Shown in pieces: positions 33,467-43,179 of a DNA stretch of 46,933 nt (positions within the stretch are counted from its first letter, which is position 1; each line of letters starts with the position of its first letter). The notes under the pieces are model-generated. The model did no database searches, was not told the DNA's origin, and worked only from the letters and a program-made list of their open reading frames with translations. Made by a program: the position numbers and the translations under genes. Origin of the DNA: an uncultured cyanobacterium (lineage in GTDB: Bacteria > Cyanobacteriota > Cyanobacteriia > Cyanobacteriales > Microcystaceae); contig CAWEDJ010000050.1 of assembly GCA_963807635.1 (NCBI GenBank), forward strand, positions 1 through 46,933. Direction: 5' to 3'.

Positions 33467-33605
33467 TTTTTATGATTTTTTAAACCTAATACCAATTTAA
33501 TATGATTGAAATGCAAATACCATTTTTAGTGAGACTCCTCTACCTCCGACTTCTTCCTTTATTAAGCTACTTTATACAGACATCTCCTTATATCTTCAGA
33601 AGTTT

Positions 33606-33696
33606 GATCCCCCTGCCTACGGCATCCCCCTTAAAAAGGGGGACTATGTTACTGATGAAAATTTAGCCCCCCTTATCAAGGGGGGTTGGGGGGATC
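33606..33696. repeat. GATCCCCC...GGGGGATC double-hairpin dispersed repeat
   Basis: Contains CCCCCTTAAAAAGGGGG and CCCCCCTTATCAAGGGGGG; same family as 29358-29408. Followed by TGTGTACACAGTAG, which recurs at ~39626. Confidence 0.7.
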
Positions 33697-33827
33697 AAGA
33701 CTAAAAAATTTAGACAGAAATACTTGTGTGTACACAGTAGTCTTATCAAGGAAAGATAATCAACTGAAATATTTTCTGTTTAATTCGGTATAAGTAAAAT
33801 TTAATTTAATTTTTCAGATTTGAAGAA

Positions 33828-35069
33828 ATGATAGAGTTATCAACGTTATGGCCGTTAGTCGTTCCACCGATCGCTGGAGCAATTATTGGCTATTTTACCA
33901 ATGATATCGCCATTCAAATGTTATTTCGTCCCTACAAAGCGATTTATCTAGGTAAAGCCCAACTTCCCTTTACGCCTGGTTTAATTCCCCGCAATCAACC
34001 CCGTTTAGCGAAAAGAGTTGCTGATACCATTATGGGGTCTTTATTAACCCCCGAAGAACTACAAAGATTAGCCAAAAAACTCTTAGAAACCGAACGAGTA
34101 GAATCCGCTTTAACTTGGTTATTAAATTTAGCTCTTAAACAAATTCGTAGTGATAAAGAGCAAAAAACCGCAAAAATTCTTGCCAATATTTTACGGGATT
34201 TGTTCAGTGAGTCCCTGCCCCGATTATTAAAAGTTTTTTCCCGTCGAGAAGATTTTTTAGAATCTCAAATTAATCAAATCTTTGAAAAAATTCTACTAGA
34301 TTTTCAGTTTTCAGAAGTTCAATCCCGACAATTTGTAGATTGGTTATTAGAAAGTATTTTACCGCCCAATACCCTCCGTTTAGCCCTAATTGACTTCCTC
34401 ACAGACCGAAATATTCAGGTGATTGATGAAGGATTCCGCGAAAAAACCAGTGGAACCTATTGGGTCGTCGCCAATTTATTTGGAGTTCGTAATACCTTAA
34501 TTCGTTTGCGGAGTTTTTGCATCGAAGAAAAGGAAGTTGCTAATACGCGATTAAAAGAGTTAATGCTTTCGTTGGAAGTGCGGGGTCGCCTACGCAATGG
34601 ATTACATCGTTTTTCTTTACAAAATTTACCCCTATCAACGGTTAATCAACTGCGTAAAACCACAGGAGATGCCGTTCGTGCCTATATACGAGATAGTGGA
34701 GCCGATTTTTTACAGGATTTTGGTCAATCGATTGACTGGGATAATTTGGCGATTATTATTATTAACCGTTTACAAGTGTCCTCAACCTTTACAGGATCTT
34801 TAGGCGTGATTAGTCAAGAATTAGCGGCAATTTTAGAGCGTTATCTAGAGGAAGATTTAGAAAAAATTGTCCAACAAGCGATTCCTATTCTTTCCATTGA
34901 TCAAGTTATTGTTTCCCGTATTACAGGAACTTCTCCAGAGGAATTAGAATTAGCGATTCAAGGCATTGTTAAAAGTGAACTTCAGGCGATCGTCAATTTG
35001 GGCGGTGTATTAGGCTTTTTGGTAGGATTATTACAAACTTTCTTTTTTCTCTTTTCTAATCCGATTTAA
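33828..35069 (+). CDS. DUF445 family membrane protein
   Basis: [32 protein letters not shown] and [17 protein letters not shown]. Confidence 0.92.
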   Translation: MIELSTLWPLVVPPIAGAIIGYFTNDIAIQMLFRPYKAIYLGKAQLPFTPGLIPRNQPRLAKRVADTIMGSLLTPEELQRLAKKLLETERVESALTWLLNLALKQIRSDKEQKTAKILANILRDLFSESLPRLLKVFSRREDFLESQINQIFEKILLDFQFSEVQSRQFVDWLLESILPPNTLRLALIDFLTDRNIQVIDEGFREKTSGTYWVVANLFGVRNTLIRLRSFCIEEKEVANTRLKELMLSLEVRGRLRNGLHRFSLQNLPLSTVNQLRKTTGDAVRAYIRDSGADFLQDFGQSIDWDNLAIIIINRLQVSSTFTGSLGVISQELAAILERYLEEDLEKIVQQAIPILSIDQVIVSRITGTSPEELELAIQGIVKSELQAIVNLGGVLGFLVGLLQTFFFLFSNPI

Positions 35070-35078
35070 CAATCCATT

Positions 35079-38000
35079 ATGAAAATTCTTCACGGTACTT
35101 GGATTCCCAACGAAACAGACGAATTTGTTCAATCTGGCGGCTTTTATCTCTGGGTTGAAACGGATTCTATTGCTAAACAAACCAAAAAACTATCAGAAAA
35201 TCATCATCCTCAACAATTAATCAAAGACAAATTAGCGATTTTTTTGAAGGAAGAATTAGGGATTCCCGCGCCCAAATATGGCAGTTTTAGTCAGGAAATT
35301 TTTAGTAAATGCTTTATTCTTCCTAGTACCGAAAATGAACCCTTGCCGTCCTCAGAACTCATTCGTTATCTCGAAGTTGAACCGCTAGAAGCGACAAAAT
35401 GGAAAGCCTGGGAAATTGACTGTTATGAGGTCACGTCAATTATTAAAGTCCTCAATGACTTAAATTTCTTGTGTCGCTACACCACATCAGACATTCAACT
35501 AGGTTCAGATTTACTCTTTTGGTATCATTACACCCAATCCTTTAAACAGATTTTACTTAAAGATCAATATATTCCTGCCCTTAAATATCGAGAAATTGCT
35601 AAAAAAAAAGGTACTAAAAAAGTCACTTCCTCTTTTGAAATTTATCCTGGTTGGGAAATTATTTCTGAAACCTACGAATCGAATATTCAACAATTTATCG
35701 ATTATATGCCCCTTGCCTGTACTTCAGGTTTAGATAGCTCTACAAAAAACATTGAATTTTATGATAAAGAAACCCTTTTACGTCACTTTTCTGAGTCGTT
35801 TCTTCATAGTATTGTAACTCATACCCCGACGACAGCCGCTTTCGATAAAAAAATATTTGGCTCTAATCTTCTACTCGGTTGCATGAATTCTCAAGGTATT
35901 AATACTCCTGCAAAAGATAGTGATGCCCTAGAAGAATATAAACAATGGCAATCCTGGCAACAAAAATTGGCGATCGCCCAAAATCATTCAGGATTCCATC
36001 TCGGTTTTCAGTTACAAGAAGCTTCGGATAAAAATCCCGATGATTGGTATCTCAAATTTGTGGTTTCCCTCAAAAAGATCCTTCCTTAAAACTCGAATTA
36101 GATGATTATTGGCAACTGAATACGAAAAGTAAACAAGCTCTTAAACAACAATTTGGTCAGGATTTTGAAAAGGATTTACTACTGAATTTAGGCTACGCGG
36201 CCCGAATTTATCCCCAGGTTTGGCAAGGTTTGGAAACGGATAAACCCGTTGGTTTTTCGCTGAATTTATTGGAAGCCTTTAATTTTCTGAAAGAAAGTGC
36301 CTGGGTTTTGGAAGATGCGGGTTATAAGGTGATGATTCCTGCTTGGTGGACTCCCCAGGGCAGACAACGGGCAAAAGTTCGTCTCAAGGCTTCTGCTAAA
36401 AAATCTGCTCCCGCCTCTGTTGGGAAAGGTTATTTCCAATTAGATAAAATTATTCAATATCAGTATGAATTAGCGATCGCCGATCAAGCGATTACTCCCG
36501 AAGAATGGCAACAGTTGGTTAATGCCAAAACGCCCTTGGTGAAATTTCGAGGACAATGGATGGAATTAGACCAGGCGAAAATGCAACAAATGTTAGAGTT
36601 TTGGCAAAAAAATCAGGGAGAAACCCAGGAATTAACCCTGATGGAATTGATACAAAAAGCTTCCCAAATGGGGGAAGAAATGGACATCGAGCCTGATGAA
36701 ACTTTAGCAGAAATGATTGCTAAATTAAATGATCCTAGTCGTCTGGAAATTATGGATGATCCTGAGCAATTACAAGGAACACTCAGGGAATATCAAAAAC
36801 GAGGCGTTTCCTGGATTCAATACCTCGAAAAATTGGGGTTAAATGGTTGTCTTGCCGATGATATGGGATTAGGAAAAACGGTGCAAGTTATTGCTTCTTT
36901 AGTAAAAGAAAGAGAAACTTCAGCCGATATTTTACCCACTTTATTAATTGCCCCAACTTCAGTAGTGGGCAACTGGAAAAAAGAAATTGAAAAGTTTGCT
37001 CCCCATCTTAAAGTGATTGTTCATCATGGCAGCGATCGCATTCAAACTGAAGCTGAATTTAAGACCGCAAGTTTAAAACAGGATGTGGTGATTACATCCT
37101 ATACCCTAGCCCGAAAAGATAGCAAACTCTTAAACAGCTTAAATTGGCAAAGAGTCGTAATTGATGAAGCTCAAAATATTAAAAATCCCAAGGCTGCCCA
37201 AACTAAAGCAATTTTAAGTTTAAAATCTACCCATCGATTGGCTTTAACGGGAACGCCTGTGGAAAATCGATTATTGGATCTCTGGTCAATTTTTAATTTT
37301 CTTAATCCCAATTATCTCGGAAAAGAAGCTCAATTTCGGAAATCTTTTGAAATTCCTATCCAAAAAGAAAATAATCGAAACTCAATCGACCGTTCTCAAA
37401 AAATTGGTTCAACCGTTTATCCTGCGACGGGTCAAAACTGACAAACAAATTATTAAGGATTTACCCGACAAAATTGAACACAAACAGTATTGTAATTTGA
37501 CTAAAGAACAAGCTTCTCTTTATGAAGCGGTTGTTAAAGATGTGATCGATCAATTAGAAGATGCTGAAGGAATTCAACGTAAAGGATTAATTTTATCTAC
37601 CTTGATGAAACTCAAACAAATTTGTAATCATCCCAGGCAATTTTTGCAAGATGGAAGTGAATTTACACCAGAGCGATCGCATAAATTGGAACGATTAGGA
37701 GAAATGCTAGAAGAAGCAATTGCCGAAGGAGAAAGTTTATTGATTTTTACGCAATTTACGGAAATTGGTGAAGCAATCTAGACGTTATCTCAAACACAAT
37801 CTTCATTACAATACTCATTATTTACACGGGGGAGTTCCTCAGAAAAAACGGGAACAAATGATTACCCAGTTTCAAGATCCTGAAGGGGAACCATCGGCTT
37901 TTGTGCTATCCCTAAAAGCGGGTGGGGTGGGGATTACTTTAACGAAGGCAAATCACGTTTTCCATTTTGATCGCTGGTGGAATCCTGCGGTAGAAGACCA

Positions 38001-38217
38001 AGCGACCGATCGCGCTTTTCGGATTGGTCAGAAAAAAAATGTATTTGTCCATAAATTTGTGACCTTGGGGACACTGGAAGAACGCATTGATCAAATGATT
38101 GAAGATAAGAAAAAAATTGCTAATCTAGTAGTCGGTTCTGATGAATCTTGGTTAACTGAATTAGATAATGATAGTTTCAAAAAATTGATTGCCCTGAATC
38201 GACAGACGGTTATTTGA
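35079..38217 (+). CDS. SNF2-family helicase-like ATPase; three apparent indels (~36073, ~37378, ~37778)
   Basis: LREYQKRG, LADDMGLGKT, DEAQNIKN, LTGTPVENRL, LRRVK, SLKAGGVGITLT.A and WWNPAVEDQATDRAFRIGQ. Confidence 0.93.
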
Positions 38218-38229
38218 TTTTTTGTCCAG

Positions 38230-38358
38230 GCGATTGCGTCTCCCCGTGCGGCCCAACTCTATGATTTACCGACTTTAGCGACGAATATTAATGATTATCC
38301 CGATAATTGCACCCGATTTTGGGTTTTAGGTACTGAACCGTCTTTACAGGGAACTCAC
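38230..38358 (+). pseudogene. orphan internal fragment of prephenate dehydratase (pheA-like)
   Basis: Manual translation AIASPRAAQLYDLPTLATNINDYPDNCTRFWVLGTEPSLQGTH contains the PDT N.TRF motif; no start and no ACT domain. Confidence 0.8.
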
Positions 38359-38483
38359 AAATTGAATATCATAAATTGCTGACAATGGGACGGTTAGGGG
38401 ATTTTCAAGGAGAGGTTTTTCCTATGATGGGATTGTTTTACAAGTTATACTGCTAAAATCAAACAAAAGTAGAGGTTTTAGCG

Positions 38484-39101
38484 ATGTTAGTATCTATAGT
38501 CAAAAAACATTGGATCTTGGGTAGTCTAGTTATCGCAATGGTTCCCCTTTTGAGTTCGCAAGTTTTAGCTCAAAGCAAAATACTTGTTCAGCCCCAACCG
38601 CAGATTCTATCTCAACTTACCGCAATAGATTACTCTAATCGCGGAGTTGCCAAGGAGTTATCAGGCGATTATCAAGGGGCGATCGCGGACTACAATCAAG
38701 CCATTAAACTCAATCCTGACTATGCTGAAGCCTACAGTAATCGCGGAGGTGCCAAGGGAAAATCAGGAGATTATCAAGGGGAGATCGCGGACTACAATCA
38801 AGCCATTAAACTTCAACCTGACTATACTGAAGCCTACTATAATCGCGGACTTGCCAAGGGGTTATCAGGCGATAATCAAGGGGAGATCGCGGACTTCAAT
38901 CAAGTCATTAAACTCAATCCTGACCTTGTTTTTCTTGCTCGTGCCTACTATAATCGCGGAACTGCCAAGGGTTTATCAGGAGATAATCAAGGGGCGATCC
39001 CTGATTTTCGCCAAGCCGCTAAACTTTATCAACAACTAAATTTTCAAAATGGGTATCAAAACTCTATTGATAGACTTAAAGAATTAGGCATTTCCAATTA
39101 A
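38484..39101 (+). CDS. exported TPR-repeat protein
   Basis: Signal peptide ending VLA-Q, then four 34-aa TPRs (NRG.AK..SGD.QG.IAD.NQ.IKL.PD) on ~102-bp DNA repeats. Confidence 0.9.
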   Translation: MLVSIVKKHWILGSLVIAMVPLLSSQVLAQSKILVQPQPQILSQLTAIDYSNRGVAKELSGDYQGAIADYNQAIKLNPDYAEAYSNRGGAKGKSGDYQGEIADYNQAIKLQPDYTEAYYNRGLAKGLSGDNQGEIADFNQVIKLNPDLVFLARAYYNRGTAKGLSGDNQGAIPDFRQAAKLYQQLNFQNGYQNSIDRLKELGISN

Positions 39102-39107
39102 ATTCCC

Positions 39108-39279
39108 GTAGGGGTTTGGTCTCCAAATCCCCAATTTATTGATTCCTATCCCAAACCCCCAAAATTTCAATTCCTATCTCAATATCCCAAGTTTCAAACA
39201 ACAAAATTCGACAATAACATTTTTAAATATTGGGTGATTACCGTGAATTTGGAAATGGATTTGGAAACCAAACCCCTAC
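39108..39279. repeat. REPIN-like element: inverted pair of GTAG-type REP sequences
   Basis: GTAGGGGTTTGGTCTCCAAATCC (39108-39130) and the reverse complement of 39257-39279 match 22/23; each has an internal hairpin after GTAG. Confidence 0.75.
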
Positions 39280-39346
39280 CGTTTATAAAAATTAAAATGT
39301 GATTGATTATTATCAGCAAATAGTATTCTGTCTCTACAATAAAACC

Positions 39347-39460
39347 ATGACTCTAAAAGAACAACTCCTCCAAGAAATCGAACAGGCTCCCGAAATTCTA
39401 TTGCAATTCTGCTTGGAACTTATTCTCTCCCATAAACCCTCCGTTCCTTCCCCATCATAA
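39347..39460 (+). pseudogene. short DUF2281-like antitoxin fragment (37 aa)
   Basis: MTLKEQLLQEIEQAPEILLQFCLELI resembles the family N-terminal helices, then terminates. Confidence 0.45.
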
Positions 39461-39927
39461 ATGAAGTCAAAATCCGTAAAATGACTATCCCCACCAATCT
39501 CAATCACCAACTTTAACTTAGGACAATAAAATTATTAATCGATTTTTGTCGCCAGAATTTCACAGGAAAATTTCGTAAATATCCCCATAACTTACACTCT
39601 GCAAAGTGTGTCTTTTTTCAATATTTGTGTACACAGTAGCTTTGAGAAGGGAAAATATTTTTTTGTGAACTTTACTTTTTAAAAATGCGATCGCTGAGAG
39701 TATGATTTTTCGGTCGTATTCTAAATCTATAAAGATGAGTGCAAGAGGTTTACTCAGTAATCGCGCTTTCAATCCCAGCCTCTTTTCTGCGCTAGTGTGG
39801 AAAACCGTATCCCAGTGGTAGGGAAAATCTCAAATCGTTTAGGGACTGCGATCGCCCATAATAGGGGGCAGTACGAATAGATAACCGTACCCTCTAACAA
39901 GAACGTAATTTTAGAATTTGATCCATT

Positions 39928-41904
39928 ATGACAGTACTCGAAAAAGGCAATATTACAATCCACACCGAGAATATTTTTCCCATTATTAAAAAATCCCTCT
40001 ATACTGACCACGAGATTTTTTTACGGGAATTGATTTCTAATGGCGTAGATGCCATTTCCAAACGAAAAATGGCGGCTTTTGCAGGAGACGGTGGTGGCCA
40101 AGTCCCTGAACCTGAAATTAGCCTCGTTGTCGATAAAATCAATAAAACGCTGTCGATTACTGACAACGGCATCGGTATGACGGCTGATGAAGTTAAAAAA
40201 TATATTAATCAGGTTGCCTTTTCTAGTGCGGAAGAATTTATTGAGAAATTCCAAAAAAATGCCAATGATTTAATCGGTCATTTTGGCTTGGGTTTCTATT
40301 CTGCCTTCATGGTCTCTAAAAAGGTTGAAATTGATACCTTGTCCTACCAGCCCGATGCCAAAGCGGTGCATTGGTCTTGTGATGGATCGCCTGAATTTGA
40401 ATTAACGGAATCCGATCGCACTCAAGTGGGAACGACCATTACCTTGACCATCATGGACGAGGAAGAGGAATATCTGGAACCCAGTCGTATCCGTCAGTTG
40501 GTTAAAACCTACTCGGATTTTCTGTCTGTTCCCATTCGCTTTGAAGGGGAAGTGATCAATAAACGACGCGCTTTGTGGAAAGAATCACCCCAAAATCTCA
40601 CTAAAGAAGATTATCTAGAGCTTTATCGTTATCTCTATCCTTTCCAAGAAGATCCCCTTCTCTGGGTACATTTGAATACGGATTATCCTTTCCTACTCAA
40701 TGGAATTCTCTATTTCCCCAAACTCCGTCCCGATGTGGATGTGACTAAGGGACAAATTAAACTGTTCTGTAATCAGGTGTTTGTCAGCGATCGCTGTGAA
40801 GAAGTGATTCCCGACTTTTTGATGCCCTTACGCGGCGTTATTGACAGTACCGATATTCCCCTCAACGTTTCCCGCAGTGCCTTAACCAATCACCGCACCG
40901 TGCGTCGTATTGCCGATTATATTTCCAAGAAAGTCGGCGATCGCCTGAAAGCCCTTTACACAGAAAATGCGGATGAATATCTCAGATGTTGGGAAGACAT
41001 CGGCACGTTTGTGAAATATGGCTCCCTCAAGGACGACAAATTTAAGCAACAAGTCGAAGAAATCCTCCTCTATCGCACGACCTATCAACCGACTGTGACT
41101 GAAACTCCCACCGTAGAAGTCCAAACCGATGATGGCGATGCTTGGCAGGATGTGAATACCCATAAAGATGGTAATCCCTACGAAAAAGCAGGTTACACGA
41201 CCCTAAAAGCCTACTTGGAACGCAATAAGGCAAATCACGAAAATAGCGTCTTCTATTGCACCGATCAGGCAACCCAAGCCACCTACGTCGAGCTTTACAA
41301 AAACCAAGGTATCGAGATTCTATTTATGGACTCTTTTATTGATACCAATTACTTCATTCCTTTCCTCGAACAGGAATACAAAGATGTAAAATTCTCCCGT
41401 GTGGATTCGGATCTGGACAAAAATCTTTTACAGGAAGACAAAGCCAGCGAAATCATTGATCCCACGACGAATAAAACCCGTAGTGAACAGATCAAGGAAT
41501 TATTCGAGAAAGCTCTCAATAAACCAGGGGTCAACATTCGCACCGAGGCTCTCAAATCCGATAATCCCCAGGGAACGCCTCCTGCGATGATTTTGTTACC
41601 TGAAGCGATGCGTCGTATGCAGGAAATGACAGCGATGATGACTCAACAAAGTATGGCTTTCCCTGAGCAACATATTTTGATGATCAATACCAATCATCCC
41701 TTGATTCAAAATATTATGGAACTCAATCAAAGCAGTATTGTGCAAACGAGCGGTGGGGATTCACCTTCGGGAGAATTAGCTAAAAATCTTTGTCAATATG
41801 TTTATGATTTGGCGGTGATGGCTCAAAAAGGGTTTGATGCAGAAGGTATGAAGGGCTTTATTGAACGCTCGAATTCTGTTCTAACTCGTTTGACTAAACA
41901 CTAA
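39928..41904 (+). CDS. htpG: molecular chaperone HtpG (Hsp90)
   Basis: EIFLRELISNGVDA, ITDNGIGMT, LIGHFGLGFYSAFMV and DIPLNVSRS. Confidence 0.98.
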   Translation: MTVLEKGNITIHTENIFPIIKKSLYTDHEIFLRELISNGVDAISKRKMAAFAGDGGGQVPEPEISLVVDKINKTLSITDNGIGMTADEVKKYINQVAFSSAEEFIEKFQKNANDLIGHFGLGFYSAFMVSKKVEIDTLSYQPDAKAVHWSCDGSPEFELTESDRTQVGTTITLTIMDEEEEYLEPSRIRQLVKTYSDFLSVPIRFEGEVINKRRALWKESPQNLTKEDYLELYRYLYPFQEDPLLWVHLNTDYPFLLNGILYFPKLRPDVDVTKGQIKLFCNQVFVSDRCEEVIPDFLMPLRGVIDSTDIPLNVSRSALTNHRTVRRIADYISKKVGDRLKALYTENADEYLRCWEDIGTFVKYGSLKDDKFKQQVEEILLYRTTYQPTVTETPTVEVQTDDGDAWQDVNTHKDGNPYEKAGYTTLKAYLERNKANHENSVFYCTDQATQATYVELYKNQGIEILFMDSFIDTNYFIPFLEQEYKDVKFSRVDSDLDKNLLQEDKASEIIDPTTNKTRSEQIKELFEKALNKPGVNIRTEALKSDNPQGTPPAMILLPEAMRRMQEMTAMMTQQSMAFPEQHILMINTNHPLIQNIMELNQSSIVQTSGGDSPSGELAKNLCQYVYDLAVMAQKGFDAEGMKGFIERSNSVLTRLTKH

Positions 41905-41937
41905 ACGTTAAATATTTTAAGCTTGAAAAATTTCATT

Positions 41938-41965
41938 GAGGCAGGGAGTGTTCCTTGTCTCTTTT
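41938..41965 (+). terminator. intrinsic terminator of htpG
   Basis: GAGGCAGGGA-GTGT-TCCTTGTCTC-TTTT. Confidence 0.75.
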
Positions 41966-42005
41966 GTTTATTTATGACTTTTTAAAATCTTGAATTCAAA
42001 ACAAA

Positions 42006-42563
42006 CTAATAGGTTTGGGGATGAAAGTTTTCAGGAATATCAAGCTCAAATACTTGATCATGAATGCGTGCAACATATAGTCCTTCTTGCAGAATTTTTT
42101 CGCGTAATTCAGCAGATAAATCAACAGCCGCTAAAATACCGTAGAGTTGCTTATCTTTATGTTCGGGAAAAAATAGCCGAAAGCGTTGCAGAATATTTTT
42201 TAATTGCGTAATTGAATCTTCTCTAGGATGACTTTTAACTTCGACAATATAGGCGGTATTAATGGAACCATTGGCATAGGCAAGAACATCAATTTCCATG
42301 TGTTGACCTTCTTTACTGGCTCTTACACTAGGACTAATAATTTCCATGCCGAAGCGTTCCCGCAAAATAGTTTCCATTGAGGGCAGAGCCAATCCTTCAG
42401 TAAAGCTACCAAATTTAGAACCTAGTCCGCCAATTTGCTTGCCCAGTTCTTTGATTTGTCGGTTAAATTGTTGATTACTTTCTTTAAGTTGCTTTTCTGT
42501 CTCTTTTTGAGCAGTAGCTAATTCTGCTAAGAGTTGCCATACGTCGTCTGCGGTGGTTGCCAT
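42006..42563 (-). CDS. DUF3782-type coiled-coil plus PD-(D/E)XK nuclease-fold protein
   Basis: MATTADDVWQLL, KQIGGLGSKFGSFTEG and EIDVLAY...IVEVKS. Confidence 0.85.
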   Translation of the reverse strand: MATTADDVWQLLAELATAQKETEKQLKESNQQFNRQIKELGKQIGGLGSKFGSFTEGLALPSMETILRERFGMEIISPSVRASKEGQHMEIDVLAYANGSINTAYIVEVKSHPREDSITQLKNILQRFRLFFPEHKDKQLYGILAAVDLSAELREKILQEGLYVARIHDQVFELDIPENFHPQTY

Positions 42564-42729
42564 TGATAATTTTCCTCTTTGATATCCTCTATTCGCTATT
42601 CTATCGGATTTGAGTGATCACCTTCTTCTTAAAAATGAATCTAAAACGCGATCGCTTTTTGAAGAGATTGAAATGGCAATGTTATTTATGCTATTTTAGA
42701 GTTAATTAATTGAAGTCCCTAAAATATCT

Positions 42730-43179
42730 ATGATTGAACATATTTCGCTGGTACAGGCTGCACCGATTGTAATGATGATTTTAGACAAATTCTGGGACGG
42801 TGTGGGTTCTAAGTTAGGAGAGTTGGCAGTTGAGAAATTCCCAGAAAAGGTAAAGCAGTTAGGGCAATTTGTCTGGGAAAAGTGTTTGCGAGGGAAAACA
42901 GACACTAATAAGTTATTGGAGGGAGCTGCAAATGGTTCAGAAGAAGAACAAAAAAAGCTAGAGGCATACCTGTCTGAAATATTAATAAGTGATCCAAGTT
43001 TCAATCAAGAAGTTAAACAGTTGGCGACAGAGATTTATCAAGCCATTCAAGAGGTTGATGCCCATAATGTTCAGCAAGTTTTTGGTGGTCAAGGCTTACA
43101 GGTTAATGATCCAAAAGCACCTGTGATTCAAGCAGGCGAAAACGCTAAGTTTTATTTTGGGGGACAATCTCCTGACTGA
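42730..43179 (+). CDS. small helical protein with Q/N/G-rich C-terminal tail (Bell/HeLo-like effector candidate), in frame with the downstream NLR
   Basis: 149 aa: hydrophobic N-terminal helix, charged amphipathic helices, tail HNVQQVFGGQGLQVNDPKAPVIQAGENAKFYFGG. Confidence 0.7.
   Translation: MIEHISLVQAAPIVMMILDKFWDGVGSKLGELAVEKFPEKVKQLGQFVWEKCLRGKTDTNKLLEGAANGSEEEQKKLEAYLSEILISDPSFNQEVKQLATEIYQAIQEVDAHNVQQVFGGQGLQVNDPKAPVIQAGENAKFYFGGQSPD

Noticed and set aside
34594..34616. Possible compensating -1/+1 indel pair in DUF445 (RNGLHRFS versus RQWITSFS)
   Set aside because: Cannot be confirmed without homologues; if real it is another sequencing artefact rather than biology.
7415..38217. Mass pseudogenisation or programmed frameshifting in infC, the HD protein, HEAT protein, oxidoreductase, TamB, trhO, HtrA and SNF2
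   Set aside because: Each is repaired by 1-2 bp, there are no in-frame nonsense codons or decay, an essential gene is affected, and the sites fall at methylation-type motifs or homopolymers. Sequencing error is the simpler explanation.
38635..39279. CRISPR array
   Set aside because: The repeats are in-frame TPR coding units or an inverted REP pair; there is no repeat-spacer periodicity and no cas gene.
39481..39565. Possible remnant of an MNT antitoxin N-terminus (LIDFCRQN)
   Set aside because: Too short and interrupted by a stop to support a call.
39796..39811. K-box-like element upstream of htpG
   Set aside because: Several mismatches to the consensus as I recall it; not distinguishable from chance.
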